From the NCBI RefSeq assembly GCF_964204645.1, contig NC_134028.1:25292345-25356344 (forward strand): DNA of 64,000 nt, written 5' to 3'. The position numbers were made by a program, and so were the translations under genes. How positions within the stretch are numbered: the first letter of the stretch is position 1; each line of letters opens with the position of its first letter. Positions 1 to 14,500 of the stretch are shown piece after piece. The notes beneath the pieces are model-generated. The model was not told the origin of the DNA. It was given only the letters and a program-made list of their open reading frames with translations, and ran no database searches. Origin of the DNA: Tubulanus polymorphus (Eukaryota > Animalia > Nemertea).

Positions 1-1942
1 GTGAGATATTTCACTCGAATCGCTATAATTAGGCATTAAGTTGATTTCTCTTGGGGCGAAACGTTTTTCAAGTATCTTCGATAAGCCAAAAGAAATTCTG
101 CCGTATGCAGCCACGTAAGTTCAGCTTGCTTGTGTGTGTGTGTTTGTATATAGGAGTGTAGATACTAGATCGTACCGTTCCCTTGATGAGCTATCCCATT
201 AAAATGTCCTAGCACGTCTAAGGTCGGTAGCGTAAATAATTTTAAGCGAGTTTTAAAAAGTCATTCGTCGCTCGCTCGGAGCGACGGTGACACCTGGAAT
301 CCGGTTTTCATGCTCCGACGTGTCGACTTCATACGGAATAACACAGGCTTAACGAATGATTACATTCCGTGCATAGAAGAATTAATTGAAAAATCAACGA
401 CCTTTTTTCAACTGCCAAACTTCAAATAACCTCCTGCCAATGACGTCAGTTTTGAGTTTCGGCATTTTTGCTGTGCACAGCTGCCGGGTTACGCTTTGTT
501 TTGGCATCCCTTCATGGTTTCATATTCTTTCCGATAGAAAATCGACTGGATCCAATTCAAAAGTTTTGAATGGATAGAGTTCAACTCTGAGTTGAAATAT
601 GTCCATTTTCGATCGGATTACTTGATTTGAGTCGAATCTTTATTCAAATCTGGATTAATTTCGATTCGTTTGCCAATAGTTTGCATGCTATTCTTTGTAA
701 CGAATTTTATCCAAATCCAAGGGTAATTCCCATCAAGTCAGAAAATAACCTCTTAAATTTATTCCGCTGTCTGAATATTTTCCAAAGCGCTAGCTGATCC
801 TTCGAAAAACATAAATTCATATATTCAATATTCATGAAAAGCCACTGTTTTACAATTTAAAAAATCTATAAGCGAAGTATACTAAAATGAAAAAAAATAA
901 ATAAAGGGGGCACGAAGTTTCATGTTCTCACCGGAGACGATCGCCCTTGTTTATTATTCAGCCATGGCGTTTACTGGATTCTAGTAATTAAAAACCTTTG
1001 ACGGAATCGTTTCTCGGTTCGCGTATTACGTAATACCTTATCATATGACGATAGAGTTTTTGTTGCCATGTACTTTTTCGACAAGACTGTTCCATTTAAC
1101 ATTCCATATCTAACTTACACAATACGTGATTTTACACGATAGTTTACCTCGAAAATAATATTTTGTAAATCCCTTAGACCAAGTTGCACAGTCGCGACCA
1201 TGTCCAAAATTGTATCAAATCTTTAAGCTTTTCGCAAGTTCGTACAATGGCTATCCATCTAACCTGGTCTTAAATCTATGATAAATCTAAGATTATCCCG
1301 ACTGTGCAACTTGACCCTGATTATATTTTGTTGTTTTATGTATGGCCCCAGTCCCTAGCACCGGTTGGTAAAGGCAACTATGGCGCCACGAGCAGGAAGG
1401 ACCTCAATAATGCCAATGAAAAAGAGACACTATTTCACTTGTCGAATATTTTGTTATTCTCTGCAAATAGTGATTGCATTCTCTCTCACTAATAACGATC
1501 GACGATAGCGATACCGAGTACAATATCTATTTTAAGCATTCACGTGAAGTGCTCGTTGAAACAGTCAACGTTAAGCAGTATTTATCCCTTCAGATTTCGA
1601 ATATATATTGTATATTGTACAGACAATATAGCGTAGCTGATCATATGGCAAATGTGTGTTGATTCGGTGCGTGTGGGTGACAGGGAATGCCAACGCTGTT
1701 TAAGAAATATTTCAAGCCTCACCTTTTTTTGAAAGAAACAATGTATTTGATTAGATAGTGTCGTTTGTTCAATCAATTTCTATCAAATTATTTGGTCATT
1801 GTTTTGAACTGAATTGAAAGTGTGATCCCGTATCATATTTGATACTAATACTAGCGCTCTATAATGATTACCGTTGTAATTAATACGCTATATGGGAAAA
1901 AAATTAATTGTCATTATTAGACTTCTAGTAGTAGCGGTATTA

Positions 1943-2318
<376 letters not shown>

Positions 2319-5300
2319 CCACGCTTGACAGTAAAAAATAGTTTACATTAATGCATTAATAAAAAGCTATTTTGGCCTTTATTTATTGCAAGCTTCCACT
2401 CCGACATTTTTTCCGAAATGTCATCTCAATCGTGATACAACGCGTTATCGTCTTTGGCTTCGCGGTCTGCTGCGTCAAATATTTCATCGTTAGATGTCAA
2501 TATGAAATTTATTATTTCGAAAAAATGTCATTGGAACATACATAATATATACAAATCGAAATAAAATGTTTCTAAAAGTTGTTGGTGATTTTGTAAACTA
2601 ACACGGATTTGATGTTTATAACTCTTAGCCCATTTAGAAGTTTTCTTGATTTATCGACAAGTCGTGACGTCGAGTGCTCGTGATGGCGGAGTCTCACAGG
2701 GTCGTGTTGTAAGCCCGATATGTTTCTTGTACGTATCAAACAGAGCCCGGTGGTAAAGTACACTCGTGTGCTGCCTGCCTGTTCCTAGTCAATTTCCTGC
2801 GTCACGGCGCTCGATGCAATTAGGCACGTTGACACTCATCTTCGTTTCAACGAGTCTTAGATTTCAAGCGTGTTTTAAAACATTTGACACGTTCTGCGCG
2901 TAATTGAGTGTAGTTTCAAAGTCAATATTGTCGTACCTGGTGAATATTACGTATTTCGCGCTTTTCGATCCGGAGAAGTTTTCGGATAATATCCAGGCAT
3001 CGTTATTTCGAAAGGAAATTCACTTTTCGAAGGTGTCAAATGTGAAGAGATTCACAAACAGAAACAAAAATGCAGATACGTTCACGTGAATATTCCAGAT
3101 GACTCAGTTCGAGGATTGTAGGTAGATTTCCAGTTCCAAAGTTGAGATTAAAGGAAAAACTGGGCTCATTATGATTAAGGTCTAAGGAATGAAGCCCGGT
3201 GTGCGGATAGGCAGATCAGGCGCACCGGCCATTGGTCCCGCAAATCCAGGTCTCAAGGATGCAAAGTCCCGGTGACGGTAATGTTTAAGTTTGTTTTCTG
3301 ACCTCATAATAGAAACCCATCTAAAATAGCCCGAGTGCGGATCAGTGGGTTGAGGGAGAAAGAAACCTCGGAGCTACTTACAATACACTGGAAGCCAGTT
3401 CTATTTAGTGTTCCAAGGATAATGGAATTATCTCTAAACTATGCTATAGATGGAAAATATACGCGTAAAAATGTTTTTTACAGCACATTTTTGACAAAAA
3501 CAAAAACGAATTATTTCAATTCCTTTAAATGCTAAAAGTCTTTATGGTTGGATCGCGGATTCGCAGTAGTTATTTACCGAACTAAAATTGACACAGGGAA
3601 TGGCGATGTGATTTTGTGAATAATTACTGAATGCGGCCTTTTATTCGTGTGACTGTAAACGTTCAGTTGAGAGTGCTCGTGTTTCGTGCTATACGCGAAG
3701 AGTTGAAGTATCCAATTAAGCGTGCGTTTATATTATCAAATGCACCCGACTCGAACTATTCAAGTCGAATAGAGAGCGAACGAACGAACAAGCGACAGTA
3801 AATTCATTTAGACGTATCGTTATGTTTACAGATTAGATGATTAGATTTCATATTCCAAAATATGAACCAGTCACGGAATATTTTGGAGAACTGAATTTTA
3901 TATTAGTCATTAACGCGCATCGTAGCTCATATTCCGTCTCTTCCTACACATTACCTGTACTGGAACTAATACTGAGGAAGCATTTATACGGTGTTAATGG
4001 GAAATTGGGAACCGGCTCCGCTAAGTGCGTCGGGCGAGATTCCGCGAAAATCCACGAGGTTCGCTAGTAGTTTCTCGGTCGTTTGAATAACGCTTTAGAA
4101 TAGGGATACTCGTAAAGTTCGTAGTCACACAGAGGAACACTTCTCGTGTTTCAGTGTTTCAGTGTCTCCCTGCGTCGTGCGCGTTGGGCTTAACTTCGGC
4201 TCCTGACAACTTGGCCAAAGAAAGCGGTATGGAAATCAGGAGCAGTCCCAAAATGAAATAGGTTTTAAAAAATTTCAATTCTAGATTACTCTTAATCGTA
4301 AAACGTTTCACTGAATTCCCGACAGCGGCCAATAGTCCAAACGTCGAAATAATAAGTCCAAGGAAACATTTCGAAATGTTTCTATACTTATTTTGTGATT
4401 TTATATCATCTTTACAACGCGAGTGCCCGGTCAATGTTCATCTGCTTAAGCGTTATAGCATGTTGATATTCAAAGACGGATGTTTTTAGACTCGACAGTC
4501 ATTTCTCTGGCGACCGTTGATTTGATTGAACAACTCTCATAATCTGCAATAATAGAACGTGTTCATTATACGGCCACACTCATAATTCATATTGTTTCGA
4601 CTGCGCAATCATTGCCGATGATCAAGCTTTCCAACTGAACGCTAATCAACTTATCTCCGCGGAGTTACATATTCACTAAATCTTTATCCAGTTACGACTG
4701 TGTAATGACTCTGTGATAACGCCATAAATTAATAACTCGGCCGCAGTGTTGATTTCAACGCGACCGCCAGGCTCTGTCCCGGGGGCATACAACTTCGCTA
4801 AAACTAGTTACTAAATGCGATATGTAATAATTCGCCCGGGGATTTTGCCAGTCTCGGCTCGGTTATTGGTTAGCACTGTCGGGGGACTAATGAAATTAAT
4901 TAAAAGGGTAATTTTCCAGAGCTTGTTCACGCTTCGTAATTAGGGTTAATTAGGGCGTTCTGCGATTATATCTTTATCTTTAATCGTAATCTTTTTCCAG
5001 CACCGATGCGCCGGTTTATGGTAGTTATTTTGGGTTGCCGGAACAGGCCATAAGGACTTTATCCAATTGTCAAAACTAAACTTATATTCAAACCATATTT
5101 GCATGATCTACCTATCGTCTTGCAACCTTTTGTGCCAGTTAAGAAGTAGTTAACAGATTATAAACGCACTCAAAGCTACACCAAGCTAATGTCTAACGAG
5201 ACCTAGTCATTATAAGCTATATACCTTCGATTAATTTGATTCGGCAAAAAATAGTCTGGTTAAACTACGTATATAAATTCCTGAAAGCAGCTTTTGAACC

Positions 5301-6189
5301 TCGACTATGTATCCCCCTCTTAATTCCCTAAATCATTAGATTATTATCATCATTGCTATAATCATGGGTTGCCATCATATTTCGTGCTTTATCATTGCGT
5401 GATATATATTTGTAAACTATACTGCGGTCAAAGTTACAATAAAATGAAATCCAACAGTATTTACTGATAGCGAGTTTTGGGACGCACGCCATAACAAAAC
5501 GTTGTTGAATTCAAGCGCGTATTGGCTTTTGTGTAGCTGACTAAACAATGGCACTTAATCAACCGTTCACAATAACTGAACTCACACCGGAACTGCGAAT
5601 ACGTGCACAATATATCCCTCATGAAAATTTAAATCTTTCAAGTTTTTCGAGTTCAGTTCTAACGTTTATACTGTTGTTGTATGTACATGCGATTTTTCAA
5701 GTTTTCCTGACATAAGAGCAAACTCCCACAGGCAGTTTCGATGTGCAGTGAATACGACATGAAGCTGTGTAAGTTCCCCTCGTACGTTGCGGCCAATTAG
5801 TGGACTTGTTCTATTGGTCTCAATGCAGACGACGTATGGAACACGGATCGCAGGCTCGTGTGCGTTTGGCTTAATGAAGCCCCGCACACGCGCGCTGCCC
5901 GTTCCTCTTACCGTATGGGGATATTCATGTGCAGCTTTAAAGCATCCATCCAAAATCTGGATATTCAAATGATAATTTCGAGCGCACCAGTTCCCCTGGG
6001 TGTGCTTTGAGCTTTAGCAAACTCGGGTTCGATACCCGATGAGTGCACGTATATTCACTTCTTAATAATTACATACACTTCGCTAACTTCCTGACCATGT
6101 TTTTACGCATCTGGCTGCAACGAAAAAACCCAGGAGATAAATTGTAACACAATATCGTTGATTAAATTCGTTAGTAAGTATGCACAAGT

Positions 6190-6957
6190 GGCCCACTATA
6201 TTTCCCTGCGGTATAACCTCCTCCCGTCTTGCAGTAGGGCCCAGTATATTTCCCTGCGGTATAACCCCCTCCCGCCTCGCTGTAGGGCCCAGTATATTTC
6301 CCTGCGGTATAACCCCCTCCCGCCTCGCTGTAGGGCTCAGTATATTTCCCTGCGGTATAACCCCCTCCCGCCTCGCTGTAGGGCCCAGTATATTTCCCTG
6401 CGGTATAACCCCCTCCCGCCTCGCTGTAGGGCCCAGTATATTTCCCGGCGGTATAACCCCCTCCCGCCTCGCTGTAGGGCTCAGTATATTTCCCTGCGGT
6501 ATAACCTCCTCCCGTCTTGCAGTAGGGCCCAGTATATTTCCCGGCGGTATAAACCCCTCCCGTCTTGCAGTAGGGCCCAGTATATTTCCCGGCGGTATAA
6601 ACCCCTCCCGTCTTGCAGTAGGGCCCAGTATATTTCCCTGCGGTATAAACCCCTCCCGTCTTGCAGTAGGGCCCAGTATATTTCCCGGCGGTATAAACCC
6701 CTCCCGTCTTGCAATAGGGCCCAGTATATTTCCCTGAGGTATAAACCCCTCCCGTCTTGCAGTAGGGCCCAGTATATTTCCCTGAGGTATAAACCCCTCC
6801 CGTCTTGCAGTAGGGCCCAGTATATTTCCCTGCGGTATAACCCCCTCCCGTCTTGCAGTAGGGCCCAGTATATTTCCCTGCGGTATAAACCCCTCCCGTC
6901 TTGCAGTAGGGCCCAGTATATTTCCCGGCGGTATAAACCCCTCCCGTCTTGCTGTAG
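6190..6957. repeat. 48-bp minisatellite, about 16 copies
   Basis: Unit approximately gggcccagtatatttccctgcggtataaMcccctcccgYctYgcWgta repeated head to tail. Explains the 16-aa-period ORFs in several frames. Confidence 0.97.
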
Positions 6958-7862
6958 ACAGATATTGTCCCTGTTTCTTGCTGGTAAACTGACTGGTGTG
7001 GATAATCTTCTCTGTGTGTAGCACCGATAGTTTAAACTCTTATCGTGTATGATTAGACCGGTGACGATATATCAATTATAGATTATATGAAAGCTTTCTC
7101 CCTCAGGTGTCATCGGTTTTTATTTATATTCCGATATTGCACGACGTAGGTTGTATATATCCAAAATATATATATATATTTATATTCCTGCTATATAAAG
7201 CAGTAGTGAAGTGATCCGACAAGAAATAAAGCGAGGGGCGAGGTAAGAAGTTGTTATCGGTGGAGAGGCAGTGATAGATTGTACAGGAGGGATATGGAGA
7301 AAAAAAGAAAAGAGATGAAAATGAGGGTGAATCTTGAGGAAGACGACTATCAGGTTTAGCGCAAGGAACTTTTGTTTGTCATTCTAAATGTGCGTTTTTC
7401 TGCGTTGATGACGTAGTGAACGTACGACATGCTGCCACTTGAATTAAGCACATAAAATATACATACATAAAACATTTTTTAACGGTTTTTACGGCGTCAA
7501 AAAGAGAACAAAAACTGAAGGATTAGAATAAGAAGGAGTGAGTGGTGTATGAGATAGAGAAAGAGAGAGTGCATCGATACACATGAACACATGATGATTA
7601 TCAACGCTGTGAATTTTCCGACTGAAATGACAGTCGAATTTATCGGTTTGTATCACGCTGATTGGTTTATGTCGACCGCTGAGTCGTTAGAAAAACAGAA
7701 TCATCGCTTCACGCTGAGTTTATTCGCTGACATGAGAAATCTCTTAGTTCGAATAAAATGCTCGGCATCGTAAGGTCTCGTTAACCCACTCCCCGCTGCT
7801 ATGGGCTCTCTTATCGCTGTCGCAGTGAATGAATCGTAATTTGTGACTTGCGTTTTTAGGCT

Positions 7863-8078
7863 TGTCCAATGCGCGTGACGTAGAGAAACACGGAAACAAG
7901 AAACAGAAACATGTTTTCGGGCGTTAATTCCTTGTGTCGAAACGAGAAACTCGGGAACAACATTTTCGACATCAAACATGTTTATCTGTTTACATGTTTA
8001 TGTGTTTCAGTGTTCCAGAGTTTAAGTGTTTCAGTGTTCCAGTGTTTCAGTGCTTCAGTGTTTCCGTGCGTTGGACTT
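7863..8078. mobile_element. Degenerate inverted-repeat element with internal gaaaca/tgtttc subrepeats
   Basis: Ends gtccaatgcgcg... and ...ccgtgcgttggac. The left half has gaaaca repeats and the right half tgtttcag repeats. Termini resemble those of the element at 57265-57460. Confidence 0.5.
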
Positions 8079-10773
8079 GAAGCTAGTAAACCTAGACGGA
8101 CTGAGACTGGTATACCTAAATGAAAATCTGTCAAATCAGTTCAAATTCAATCAACTTTCAAAATGGATTTTTAGACTGCTGGATCTATCAGTGTTTGGCA
8201 GTTTTCCTTGCTTGATAGTCGATTGAAGAAAAAGGTTTATTCGATTTTAATGTGTTGAAATGTACAGGAAATCGAAGCGAGGAATTAAACCGATTAACTA
8301 CTAGCGAACATAATAGGACCTTACATGCCACAGGAAGAATACTCGATTACCGCAGTCGCCTCGAAGGTCCCATCGATTTCGCGATCGTTATTCATACATG
8401 TTTTACTTACAACATTACGAAAATCTCCGATGTTTCATACGAAATCAGATGAAACCGAAGTTTGCGACTTTCATTAGAGTTTGATGAGCTATTACAAGGT
8501 TCACGACGTACAATAACATTTCGCCACGAGGTTTTTATCGAAGGATTCTATGTAATATTTCGCACTTATCGCCCAAAAAGTCTCATCGTAAATTCCGGTG
8601 CTTTTACGAGACGTGGACTGATGAATATTTAATAGGCCTGTGGGGGTGATTATCTACCAGCCGTGTTAAGGTTTCGCTGACACTAGAGAAGTCGTATTTT
8701 ATACAAATATCGTTAATAGTTCCACAGGAACCGATCAAGGTGTACAGCTGAGAAAGTCGATCACGAAGGTGTCGAGAAATCCCTGCAGAAATCCCGCCGT
8801 CCCGCGCGCCTCAGTGCATTGTTTAAACCGTCACGTGCTGCCACCTATTCCTAACGTGTTCACCCAATCTGTCACAATCGTCATCTAGTCCTAAGACCAT
8901 TTTGAAACCTAAATATTGGCGGCTTTTTCAACCGCAAAAAATTGGGTTTACGGTTTAGTCGGTCTATAGGTTAAGACAGGGTGAGCTAGGGTAGGTTATG
9001 CTTTCTAATAGAGTAGGTAAGGATAAGGCTATAAGTAGTGTATAAAAAGTAACGGTGCTAGCATTTTCGCATCTCAACTATCTTGGGTAAGGGTAATTAG
9101 AATTTTCTAAGTAGGCTACGGAGGATTCGTGCATGCGCATCGTGATGATCGACAAACTCGTCAGCGTCTCGATTTGTCATCGAAGCCGTAAGGTGGCGCC
9201 ACCTAAATTGATTTTAGGCGATCGTAAGATCAGTTCAGTAAGCGCATCAAGCGCGGAAGTGATCATACAGCCGTCCATAAGAGCTCAGTTTCTCGTCTGC
9301 AGCGGTTACAACTACGGCGCGTCATGGTATCGGTTTTTGTGGAATAAAGAATAGAGATGTCTGTCCTGAATAGCGGAGTATTTAAAAGCAAAATAACCTT
9401 GTGTTTCATCAGAGAAGAAATTCTTCGACAAAAATAATGTACTTTATCCGGCTGACACGCGGATGCACGATGTGCGCATCTGAATATCGGGTATAAAATT
9501 CAGTATCAAATACAAACATCTTACATCAGAAACTCGTTATTCGAAAATTCGATTTACTATAACGCGAATACTTGATACATTAAAGAGCTCCGAGAGTAGA
9601 TACTTAATCCTGTGCAGCCGAGATTTTACGCTGCTGAGCAGATGTCTGGTTTCTGGGTTTTTCAGATACTACAACATCTCTTCACGAACGACGAGTGTAG
9701 CTGTATCGGATAGCGTTTATATTTCTGGCGGTGGCTCGAAAGACGAATTGTTTAGTAAGGAGGATCAAAGAAGGGGGCAAACATTTGGTTTGGATTTGTT
9801 AAGTATACCTTAAGTATATGTGTTTGATTAAGTATCCCTGACACAACCACCGCACCTGCCGGGAGAGAAACAGAGGGTTTGATTTTAAAATTGGAAATCG
9901 AAGGATAGATACAGTTTGTGTGATCAGAATTTTCTGTTTATCGAAGTATGTAAATTGGAAATTTCGGCTCCGGTTTATCTAAAGAATATTCCAACCAGTC
10001 TGAAACGACAAAGACCTTGCATACATCGGCGTGTGCGCGAAGGTTTAGATGACGTACGGAAAGCGCATTTTAGTCTTTCTGCAAAAATGTCTTTTGTTGA
10101 GCAATAAACTTTTGAATTGAAATGAATCTTCATTCGTCTGTCGTTCGCTTTTTAAGCAGCTGAAAAGAACTACTGAAGTTCCATCTCTCGATTCATATTA
10201 TAACGTCTGTCATACTGTTGAGTTTATGACGACTAGAATATTCCCCTCGCTTCGCGATGCATTACGGCAGATTACTCAGTCAGTGTCTGCGGCTCGGCGC
10301 GCACTTGCACCGAGCAGAATGTCATTTTCCGCCGCATTTTACGGCAGACCTGATAAAACGACGGTACTGTAAAGACTGCGGTAGTTTCAGACTTGATAAT
10401 TGCTTGGTGTGACGCCTCGGGGTTCGCCTTATATCTGTTTTGCGGTCAGGTCTATTGATAGATCGGCCTCTTGTGATACATAGACTATCTGTACGTGTAT
10501 TTTTGTCAACACCGACTTATTAGATATGACTCGTTGCGTCATCATATTTCATCCGTATTCGCATTCTGAGCCATTTCTTCGTGTAGTAATAAATTCCAGA
10601 TTCTTCGTGACAAAAAAGTTTTCCATCTCTGAGTTCGAATAAAAATGCTACCTATGAATTTGTTGCAAACATTTAATCTCATTTTGTGTGGAAGTTTTAC
10701 AATACTTTTTGTCTTTGCAAATTCATTTAGAACTTTGCAAGTTGTGGTGAGGGGCCGGCATTAGGTTACTTCA

Positions 10774-10908
10774 GGGGCCTGTTGCACAGTCGTGACTTAA
10801 GTCCAAAAGTAGTCTTAAATCTTAAGACTGGTCTTAAGTTGTTAGATTGGCTATAGAACTAAGTTGGTCTTAGACTGGTCTTAAGTCTAAGACTATGCAA
10901 CCGGCCCC
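10774..10908. mobile_element. MITE with GGGGCC-GTTGCA terminal inverted repeats
   Basis: ggggcctgttgcacagtc ... gactatgcaaccggcccc. A diverged copy lies at about 1174-1318. Confidence 0.75.
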
Positions 10909-10994
10909 AGGAGTCTAAATAATCAGTTGATCGGTTTGAATTTGAACTACAAGTTATTTTGACCAGCGTTAGAACGCATGTGAACCACACCGCC

Positions 10995-11079
10995 AGGACC
11001 CGATCCACATGTGAGATATAGAGTTAAAAATCCGTTCATTTTCAATGAGAACTCTTGGGTACATGTAGAACTGGGTCCT
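10995..11079. mobile_element. Short MITE-like element related to 11403-11512
   Basis: aggacccgatccaca ... tgtagaactgggtcct termini and a shared internal gttcattttcaatg. Confidence 0.6.
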
Positions 11080-11402
11080 GTTGGGAACATTACGTCGTGA
11101 TTTCATGCCAAGTATCAGTATTTATAATAATGATAATGATAATTTATTTCCACAATAAATTACAACATGCCTTAAAGATATACAAAAATATACAAGTATG
11201 GGACATTTTGATATAATGCGGAGGAGATTAGATGAAGCCAACAAAGGCATATAAAAAAGTTTCTAATCCCCCACACACTGATTCGCGCAACAGACGTACA
11301 CACACAAAATACCAACACACAGCGGGCAAACTTTGTAATCGAAGCTAACATCTACTTAGGAATTCAAACGCCGTCTAACGGTATGTTAAATGTAAAAAAT
11401 CT

Positions 11403-11512
11403 GGGCCCGGTTCCACAGTTGTGAGTTAGAGTTAACTCGGAGTTAAAGTTAGTTCATTTTCAATGCTTTAACTATAGAGTCAAATTTAACTCAGGACTGC
11501 AGAACTGGGTCC
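11403..11512. mobile_element. MITE with GGGCCC-GTTCCACAG terminal inverted repeats
   Basis: gggcccggttccacag ... ctgcagaactgggtcc. Similar half-ends occur elsewhere, e.g. about 49762-49780 and 50756-50773. Confidence 0.7.
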
Positions 11513-14500
11513 TGATGTGCCTCGTAGGCCAAATCTTGGCAAATAAGTTGTCTATTGAAGTAATGGAACGATATTTAATAAAACTCACGATGAAGTAATC
11601 GTCCATGGATCTTAAAAATCTAGTATTATTTGATATTTCATCCAGACGAAATAAAAGATATATGGTTTCCTGTGTGCGCCACCCACGATCGGTGCTCAAT
11701 TTCAGCTTCTATAATAGCGAAGAAGAGTGATTATGAGTGCTGATATAATGATACACTGTGAATGGTTTAATGACACGGCTCATTGAGGCGAATCAGTGGA
11801 GGAGACTTACATTTATAGCGGCTGCGATTCTTTTATCGATCTCTCTCTCTATTTCTGTTCACATCAACGAATCTTCAATCTGTCAACGGCCTTTGACTCT
11901 AGGGCGATTATTAAACGCCTTCTGCAGATCGGGAAACCGCGCAATGAGTGGTAGAGGACTTTATCCACAATCGCCCTCAACTCGGCAGACATTATTGATG
12001 ATTCAGGCTGATCATAATCATTGTTCGAAGAAATATGTGACGGGTGATTCATGGAATTACGAAATATCTAGAGTAGTATCCTCTAAAATGCGCCGGTACC
12101 GGTCCCAACGTAACGATTAAGAAGTGATGGAGTGCGCACTTACCAGCGATCGAACCCGGGTTTTGTACGTAGAATGCGTACCGACCAATAAACCAATAGA
12201 ACTATAAGGCGCGTTCAAACTACTTTATTTGAAACGGTCTAAATTTGGCCCGTTCCAATTTATAAAGGACCGAGCGTTCACACTACGAAAAAGTCCGTCC
12301 CGAATTGTACAGTTTTATTTTTAGACCGTTCTAATTTGGATCGACCTAAAAGACCGATCCAGGCCCGTTCCAAATTCCTAAAGTGTTAAACCCGTTGTTG
12401 AGGATCTAAAATATTTTTGTAACTTAAGTTTAAACCTGATCACAAGTCAAAGTCTTTCAAGTCGTTTTACTTGATAAAATGAAAGTGGTGAAGCGAAACA
12501 TCTCGCGGGAGATTTATCAACCAATCATGAATTTAGAATCCGTTCGCGCGTCGAAATTAAGGGTCACCCCTACATCATTCACTTCTCAAAAGTGAATAAC
12601 CACAAATACACACGCACCGAAATTTTCCGTATAGGGAACCTTGATTGAAAGGGGACTCGGTTATATTGTTAACGACTCTTCTTTCAGCTCACACGAGTCG
12701 CTCCCTCTCCCTCTCTCCCTCCGCAACACTTCAGCTGATGATGCTATTACTGATACATTAGAGAAGAGCGTCGGTGATGAGAAAACTCAATAACATTTTG
12801 CCAATCATTACAGAAAGACGTGAACGACGTTTCCCACCACACATCGGGGATTGCTAGTTACTGAAATCTACTAACAGTATCAGTGAACCGAGCTCTATTA
12901 ACTGTCGGAACGTGACTAGCCGCCACTCGTCGGCTATCCGTCCATAATTTCATTCCTCTATTATAGCGCGCCTGTCGATCGAATTCGGCTGAAATAGTTT
13001 TTCAAGAAATCGAACGAGATGTCCCTTAGATTATATCATATATTCAGTTAGTTAGCTAGCTTCGAAAATATGGAAATAGAAGTCTCCGAAGAACGCGTCT
13101 AGTGAGAACATTTTGGCATTTAGATTTACGGTTTGCTATTGAGCCAGTTTCGATGTCAGTCTAACGCAAAATTGTTCTGTCATTATAAGTTGCGAACGTG
13201 TAAGAAGTTTGATTTGTAAACCTCACGAAGCATCGGGCGCCAGTAACGCAATTAGAGTCAAAATCAGTTCAGTCCTGAAGTCCGTTTCAGAAAAAACTTT
13301 AAGTTTAATTATTCATTAAAACGTATAGTAATGAGAAGTGATTCGAAATTAGTTGATTTCGTATATTTCAACTCAGGGGCCAGTTTGATGTAGATTCATT
13401 TTTTATCAATATTATTTGATTGTCCTTTGACAATTCGTCTAACGTAATTGATAAGATATACCAAAGCCTAAAAGCTGTACCAATGGGGTATATGCCATAC
13501 AAATCCCCTAGAAATATTTAGGGAGGTTCCTATCATCCTTCTTCAGTCTAAAAGGTTCATGAAATAACGAAGAATTGAAATCACTTTGAGAGTTAAAATG
13601 ATCGTGAAACTCGGTCAATTTGTTCTTAAAACTGTGACATAGCTTTCGATATGCGTAAAGATAACGACACAGTTTAACAGCATATTTTGTTACTGACTCT
13701 GGTACTGAATACTTTTTTGTTGTAATATTTGGAGTCGTATCCTTAATCTTGAAAATGTTCTCAAAAAAGAAAACAAAACTGAAGACTGTTAACTAACTAA
13801 CTTAGCGCGAAGTCGTGTCATTTCACCGCCGCCAAATCCGGATTATTCCCCTAACAGAACCGATACGTGTTGAGAATCCCGGGCGCTATTTTACCGCAGC
13901 TCTCCTTAAAGATGTAATTGCATTTTCTGTCAAATAATTTTCATCTTATCCCGTGCGATATCCAGTCCGTTATACCGAACGTCTTAACCAAGCGATTTAT
14001 TACTCTGTCGACTTGGCAGATGCTGCACCAAAACGAAGAAGTGTTATTGAATAATTGTAGTTCTTAAGTCCTGACGCGAATGTCTCCCCAATGTAACGTA
14101 CCGAAGGCGATGTAGAAAAAAATGTACAGTCTTTGTTTGCGTTTCATTTACGGTGAAGAGATTGAATGAGAGACGACAGAATTATTGAATATTAATATCT
14201 GCTGTCGTAGGGTATCTACGTCTGTTCAGGGCGAAAGATATCCACAAAATTAGAAAAAAAGATATTTTCTGTGAATAAGTACCGGGACACGCCACCAGAT
14301 GGCACAACAATACAATGTAAGAAATCCTTCGATGATTGGGGGTTTAACCACGTTTTATAGTCTATGGTTTAAGTGGTATTCGGACACAGCAATTTACGGC
14401 GAACAATATAAGGCCGTCTCAGGGCGAATAAAACAGACTCTCCGTGACCAACACCGTTTCCACGATACGTACCTTAAAGTAATTGAACAATGTTTTTTGT

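Noticed and set aside
6083-7024. 313-aa and 287-aa repeat ORFs, and a possible CRISPR-like array
   Set aside because: Head-to-tail 48-bp units with no unique spacers, eukaryotic context and no cas genes. The ORFs are by-products of the unit length.
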